A stretch of DNA of 64,000 bases from Deltaproteobacteria bacterium (GTDB lineage Bacteria > Desulfobacterota > Dissulfuribacteria > Dissulfuribacterales > QOAL01): positions 22,368 through 86,367 of the forward strand of contig JALVJO010000050.1 in NCBI GenBank assembly GCA_027028245.1, given 5' to 3'. Position numbers and translations under genes: made by a program. Below, one piece after another: positions 59,625 to 64,000 of the stretch (positions are counted from its first letter, which is position 1; every line of letters starts with the position of its first letter). The notes under the pieces were generated by a model that ran no database searches, was not told the DNA's origin, and saw nothing but the letters and a program-made list of their open reading frames with translations.

Positions 59625-62600
59625 CTACTCCTCGCCGCACTCCCTGCCGGAAAAGGCATGTATCTGTGCCATTATGGCCTCATCAGTAAAGCCTCCCATG
59701 CTTATGGCAATGGTCGGGCAGTGGGATGCACAGATACCGCAGCCCTTGCAGGAAGCCGTAATGGTCTGGGCCTTTTTCCTCTTTCCCACCTTCGAAAGCC
59801 TTATGGCATTGAAAGGGCAGAGACTTTCGCAAATGCCGCATCCTATGCATGCATCCTGGTCGACCCGGGAGACAATAGGTGCCACTGCCACCTTTCCCTT
59901 TGCAAGGGGGATAGTGGCCTTGGCTGCCGCTGCCTTTGCCTGTGCCACAGACTCCTCCAGGCTCTTGGGACCATGGGCCAGGCCGCAAAGATATACGCCG
60001 TCTACTGCTATCTCCACAGGCCTGAGCTTTGCATGGGCCTCCAGGAAAAAGCCCTCGGAAGTCAAGGGGGCCTTGAGTATCTTGGAAAGCTCCTGGTTTT
60101 CCCCGGGTTCTATGCCTGCTGAAAGGACCACCAGGCTTGCGGGTATCTCCAGGTCATCTCCCAGCAGCCTGTCCCTTGTCCTCACCTTGATTCCCCGGGC
60201 CTGTTTTATCACCTGGGGTTTTTCGTCCGGGCTGTATCTGAGGAAGATTATCCCCTTTTTCCTGGCCTCCCTGTAGGCATCTTCATAAAAGCCGTAGGTT
60301 CTCATGTCCCTGTACAGGATGTAGATGTTGGCATCGGGCTTCAGTTCCTTCAGCTTCAGGGCATTCTTGACTGCCTGGGTGCAGCACAGCCTGCTGCAGT
60401 GGCTCATGTCATCGCCCCTTGATCCCACACACTGGATCATCACGATGTTGCGGGCATTTTTCAGAAAACCCCTGCCCCTGGACAGCTTTTCCTCAAGCTC
60501 TAGCTGTGTGATGATCCTGGGACTTTCGCCGTAGGCATAGGATTTCGGCTTGTACTCCCGGGCTCCAGTGGCAATAACAGTGACACCGTGATTTACCAGC
60601 CTTGTCTTCTTGCCCGTGGCAATGGTGCTGGTAAAGTTACCCACGTATCCAGATATGGACTCCACGCTGGAATTGGTAATCACCTCGATACCTGGATGTT
60701 CCTCTACCCTGGAGATCATATCCTCGAGTACTTCCTTTGCGTTTTCCCCGTCCAGGGTCCAGGTAAGCCGCCTCAGGTTGCCGCCAAGCTGCCTTGATTT
60801 TTCTATGAGTGTAACATTGTAGCCCTGATCAGCTATGGAAAGCGCTGCCGACATGCCTGCGGCCCCGCCTCCAAGCACCAGGGCACCAGGGGTAACATCC
60901 ACAGTAGGCTGCTCCAGGGGGCTTAAAAGCCTGGCCTTGGCTGCAGCCATCCTGACGAGATCCTTGGCCTTTTCCGTGGCAGCCTCTGGTTCCTGGGCAT
61001 GGACCCAGGCGCACTGGTCCCTGATGTTTGCCATCTCCACCAGGGCAGGATTCAGGCCCACCGAACGCAGGGTCTCCTGGAAAAGGGGTTCATGGGTCCT
61101 GGGAGAGCATGCAGCAATGACCACCCTGTTCAGGTTGTTTTCCTTTATCTTTTCCGCAATGCTCTTCAAGGCGTCCTGGGAACACGAATATAGGGGATCT
61201 TCGTAGAGAACAACTCCTGGAAGGCTGGCCGCATAGTCCCTTACGGCCTTGACGTCCACCACGCCTGCGATGTTCACTCCGCAGTGGCATACAAAGATAC
61301 CGATCCTGGGCTCCTGCTCCTCCAGGGCCTTGTTTTCTTCCGGGTAGGTTATGCTTACAGTCTGGGAACTTCTTGCATCCGCAAGGAGTTCCGAGGCTAT
61401 GGCCGCAACACCAGAGGCCTGGGTGACGCTTTCAGGTATGTCCTTGGGCCCCTGGAACGCGCCTGCCACATAAACACCCTCCCTGGTGGTGGAAAGAGGG
61501 GAATCAACCCGTGTTTTGCAGAAATTGTAGCGGTTGAGCCCTATGTCCGCCACCTTTGAAATGACCTCGGCATCCTCCGGGGATTCAAGGCCCACGGACA
61601 GGACAACCATGTCGAAGATACCGGAGTGATGCTCCCCGTCATCCGTGGTCCAGGTCAGGGCGAGCCTGCCGTCCACCTGGTCTACCCTGGGCACCCTGGC
61701 CCTGATTACGTTTATTCCATACTTTTCCTGGGCACGTTTTCTGGCATCGTCAAATCCCTTGCCCATGGTCCTGACGTCCATGAAGAATATGGAAACATCC
61801 AGATCAGGCTCGTGCTCCTTGGCCACAGAGGCCTCCTTTATGGCATACATGCAGCACACGGAAGAACAATAGCCGTTGCCGCATGTCTCGTCCCGGGATC
61901 CTATGCATTGCAGAAAGGCGATCTTTTTAGGAGGCCTGTTGTCGGAAGGCCTTACAATATGTCCCTCCGTGGGGCCTGATGCACAGGTAAGGCGCTCGAA
62001 TTCAAAGGCCGTAAGCACATCCGGGTACCTGCCGTAGCCGAATTTTTCAAGGACAGATTCATCCACCCTGCCGAAACCAGGGGTAAGCACCACCGCGCCT
62101 ACTTCCAGTTCGAGATTTTTCGGCTTCTGGCTGAAATCTATGGCCCCGGCAGTACAGGTCTGGGCACACAGGTTGCAGGTCTCGAAATTGACCCTGAGAC
62201 AGGCCTTGGCATCTATGTAATAACTGGAAGGGATTGCCTGGGCATAATCGATGTGAGGGGCCCTGGTGATCTCGAGCCTTTCGTTGTAGGTGTCCACCAC
62301 AGGCCTTGGGCAGTACATTGTGCACATGCCGCAGGCAGTGCAGAGATCTTCATTGATATACCTGGGCTCCTGGAACACCCTGGCCGTGAACTGGCCCGGT
62401 TTTCCTTCCAGCTCCTCAAGCCTGGCGTTGGTAATGATTTCTATGTTTGGAGACCGACCGGCCTCTACCAGCTTTGGCGCCAGGATTCACAACGAGCAGT
62501 CGTTGGTTGGAAAGGTCTTGTCAAGCTGGGCCATGACTCCGCCGATGGATGCCTTCTTTTCCACCAGGTAGACATAGTAGCCCAGATCGGCAAGGTCCAG

Positions 62601-62660
62601 TGCAGCCTGAACTCCTGCCACACCGCCGCCGAGGACCATTATTGCACCGCTTTTAGACAT
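59625..62660 (-). CDS. hdrA: selenocysteine-containing heterodisulfide reductase subunit A-like flavoprotein, two tandem HdrA-type modules (in-frame TGA at 62487-62489)
   Basis: ATG at 62660: [66 protein letters not shown].., in frame with ORF 59625-62378. Second module starts ..[44 protein letters not shown].. Confidence 0.85.
62450..62489 (-). promoter_or_regulatory. UGA(Sec) plus candidate SECIS hairpin of hdrA
   Basis: UGA, 21 nt, then stem GAGGCC/GGUCUC (one G-U pair) with apical loop GGUC (62450-62465). Confidence 0.5.
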
Positions 62661-62734
62661 TCTTGCTACTCCGCATTGTTGTAAGTGTTGTTTTCAAGCC
62701 CTGGATACAACTGCTGACCCGGGAGGACCCACTC

Positions 62735-64000
62735 CTAATGGCCGCCCGGGGAACATCCCATCCCGGGAATGCCTGAGCCGAGCTCACGCCTCATGGCCAT
62801 ATCGAAGAGTACGCGCTCCTTCTTCTTGTCCAGGCCCAGGGCCTTTCTTCTCTGGTCTATCTTGTCAATGAGCTTGTTTGTAAATTCATTGGCAGTCTGG
62901 GCCAGATCCCAGCTTCCTCCGTAAATATCATTCATCTCCTTGAAACAAAAATCCGTCACCACCTTGGAGCCGGTGGTGGGAAAACTTGGGCCAAAGGCCA
63001 CGTAGGCACCGCTTGATACAAAGTACTGGCCGATGGATACTGCCTTTTCACTCATCCACTGGGGAGCGCAGCCCACCACGGGAATCTCGCTTATATCACT
63101 GCCGAGGCCCCCTGTATGGACCATCTCTGTGGCAGCTATCAAAAGCCTGCTGTTGTCAACACAGGAACCCATGTGGAGGACCGGCGGGCAGCCCACGGCC
63201 TCCAAAACTTCCCTGAGACCGTCCCCGCACATCTCCATGGCCTCTGGGGAAAGAAGGCCTGCCCTTCCCATACCGGTTGCAGCACATCCTGTCACCAGGA
63301 CCAGCACGTTGTTGGCAATGAGCTCCTTGGCAAGCTCGACATGGACCTCGTCCATGACCCTGTAGTTGTCGCAGCCCACTATGGCAGCCACACCCCTGAT
63401 CCTGCCGTTTACGATATTGTCATTCAGGGGCTTATAGGAGGCGCGGAAACGGCCGCCCAGGATGTAGTTAATGGTCTCGTGGCTGAAGCCTGCCACCACG
63501 TCCATCTCGTGTACGGGAATAAAGTGCTTCCCCCTTTCTGGAAACTTGGAGATGGCACGTTTCAATATATCCTTGGCCACGTCCATGGCCTTGTGTTCTT
63601 CAAAGGGAATGTGTGTTGCACCTGTGATCTTTGCCTTGTCAGAGGTGGTAAAAAGCGCTGTGTGATAATTGCTGGACACCGGCGAGACGCCCTGCATGAT
63701 GCACTGAACATCCACCACCATTGCCTCAACCGCCCCTGTTGCAAGGACCACTTCCTGCTGGACAAAGCTTCCCGCAATGGGAAGACCCCTCCTCATGAGG
63801 ATCTCGTTGCCTGTACAGCAGACACCTGCCAGGTTTATTCCCTTTGCGCCCACCTTCTTGCACTCGGAGACTATCTCCGGGTCATTGGCAGCCATGGCAA
63901 GGGCCTCTGCCAGCACGGGCTCATGGCCGTGAACAGTGACGTTGACCTCGTCCTTCCTTAGCACTCCTATATTTACCTTGCTCCTGATGGGGACAGGGGT
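62735..64000 (-). CDS. cooS: anaerobic carbon-monoxide dehydrogenase catalytic subunit (CooS/AcsA); N-terminus beyond window edge
   Basis: ..VNVTVHGHEPVLAE..INLAGVCCTGNE..GCDN..HMGSCVDNSR..GCAPQWMSEKA... The frame stays open to position 64000 (..TPVPIRSKVNIGVLRKDE..). Confidence 0.9.
   Translation of the reverse strand, partial: TPVPIRSKVNIGVLRKDEVNVTVHGHEPVLAEALAMAANDPEIVSECKKVGAKGINLAGVCCTGNEILMRRGLPIAGSFVQQEVVLATGAVEAMVVDVQCIMQGVSPVSSNYHTALFTTSDKAKITGATHIPFEEHKAMDVAKDILKRAISKFPERGKHFIPVHEMDVVAGFSHETINYILGGRFRASYKPLNDNIVNGRIRGVAAIVGCDNYRVMDEVHVELAKELIANNVLVLVTGCAATGMGRAGLLSPEAMEMCGDGLREVLEAVGCPPVLHMGSCVDNSRLLIAATEMVHTGGLGSDISEIPVVGCAPQWMSEKAVSIGQYFVSSGAYVAFGPSFPTTGSKVVTDFCFKEMNDIYGGSWDLAQTANEFTNKLIDKIDQRRKALGLDKKKERVLFDMAMRRELGSGIPGMGCSPGGH

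Noticed and set aside
63116-63961. 281-aa plus-strand ORF opposite cooS. Similar long antisense ORFs occur at 48267-49160, 53322-53981, 56320-57126, 50682-51404 and 35362-36114.
   Set aside because: Each is antisense to a gene with strong family motifs, and none has a recognisable domain.

Overview
This is a 64-kb chromosomal segment. Its gene content suggests an anaerobic, Wood-Ljungdahl-using deltaproteobacterium (Desulfobacterota / Desulfobacterales-like); that is an inference, as no search was run. Left to right the window holds: a 5'-truncated peptide ABC importer (binding protein plus 2 permeases, no ATPases) coupled to a RecD2-like helicase; DAHP synthase; a large beta-barrel outer-membrane protein (OMP); transketolase, Skp and Pal; a nitrogen block amt-amt-glnK-glnD-glnA behind a sigma-54-type promoter; proB-obg and rplU-rpmA; an OprP-like porin; an orphan soluble histidine kinase; cobA/hemD-hemC; FmdB zinc-ribbon, DHS-like and SIS genes; a fliK-flgD-flgE hook module; an operon of an unknown 583-aa protein, phoH, ybeY::pdxJ and acpS::amphi-Trp; corA; crp/fnr; a PstS-like protein; argB; and hslVU. 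The last ~19 kb (minus strand) is one co-directional Wood-Ljungdahl super-operon: cooS-hdrA-mvhD-hdrC-like-mvhD-metV-metF::acsD-acsB-acsC-acsE-fdhA. Main observations: (1) Three apparent ORF breaks are in-frame TGA selenocysteine codons, each followed 12-21 nt later by a hairpin with GUC in its loop (FdhA, MvhD, HdrA). (2) There are several unusual covalent fusions: MetF joined to AcsD by a ~460-aa coiled-coil/Pro-Ala/TPR-like linker; 2Fe-2S plus a GltD-like module plus FdhA in one ~1371-aa selenoprotein; a tandem two-module HdrA; and ybeY::pdxJ and acpS::amphi-Trp, which are in-frame but keep an internal Shine-Dalgarno plus ATG. (3) A ~131-nt hairpin-forming repeat occurs twice, each copy just upstream of a minus-strand gene start. 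I recognised no rRNA, tRNA, CRISPR array, IS element or prophage.
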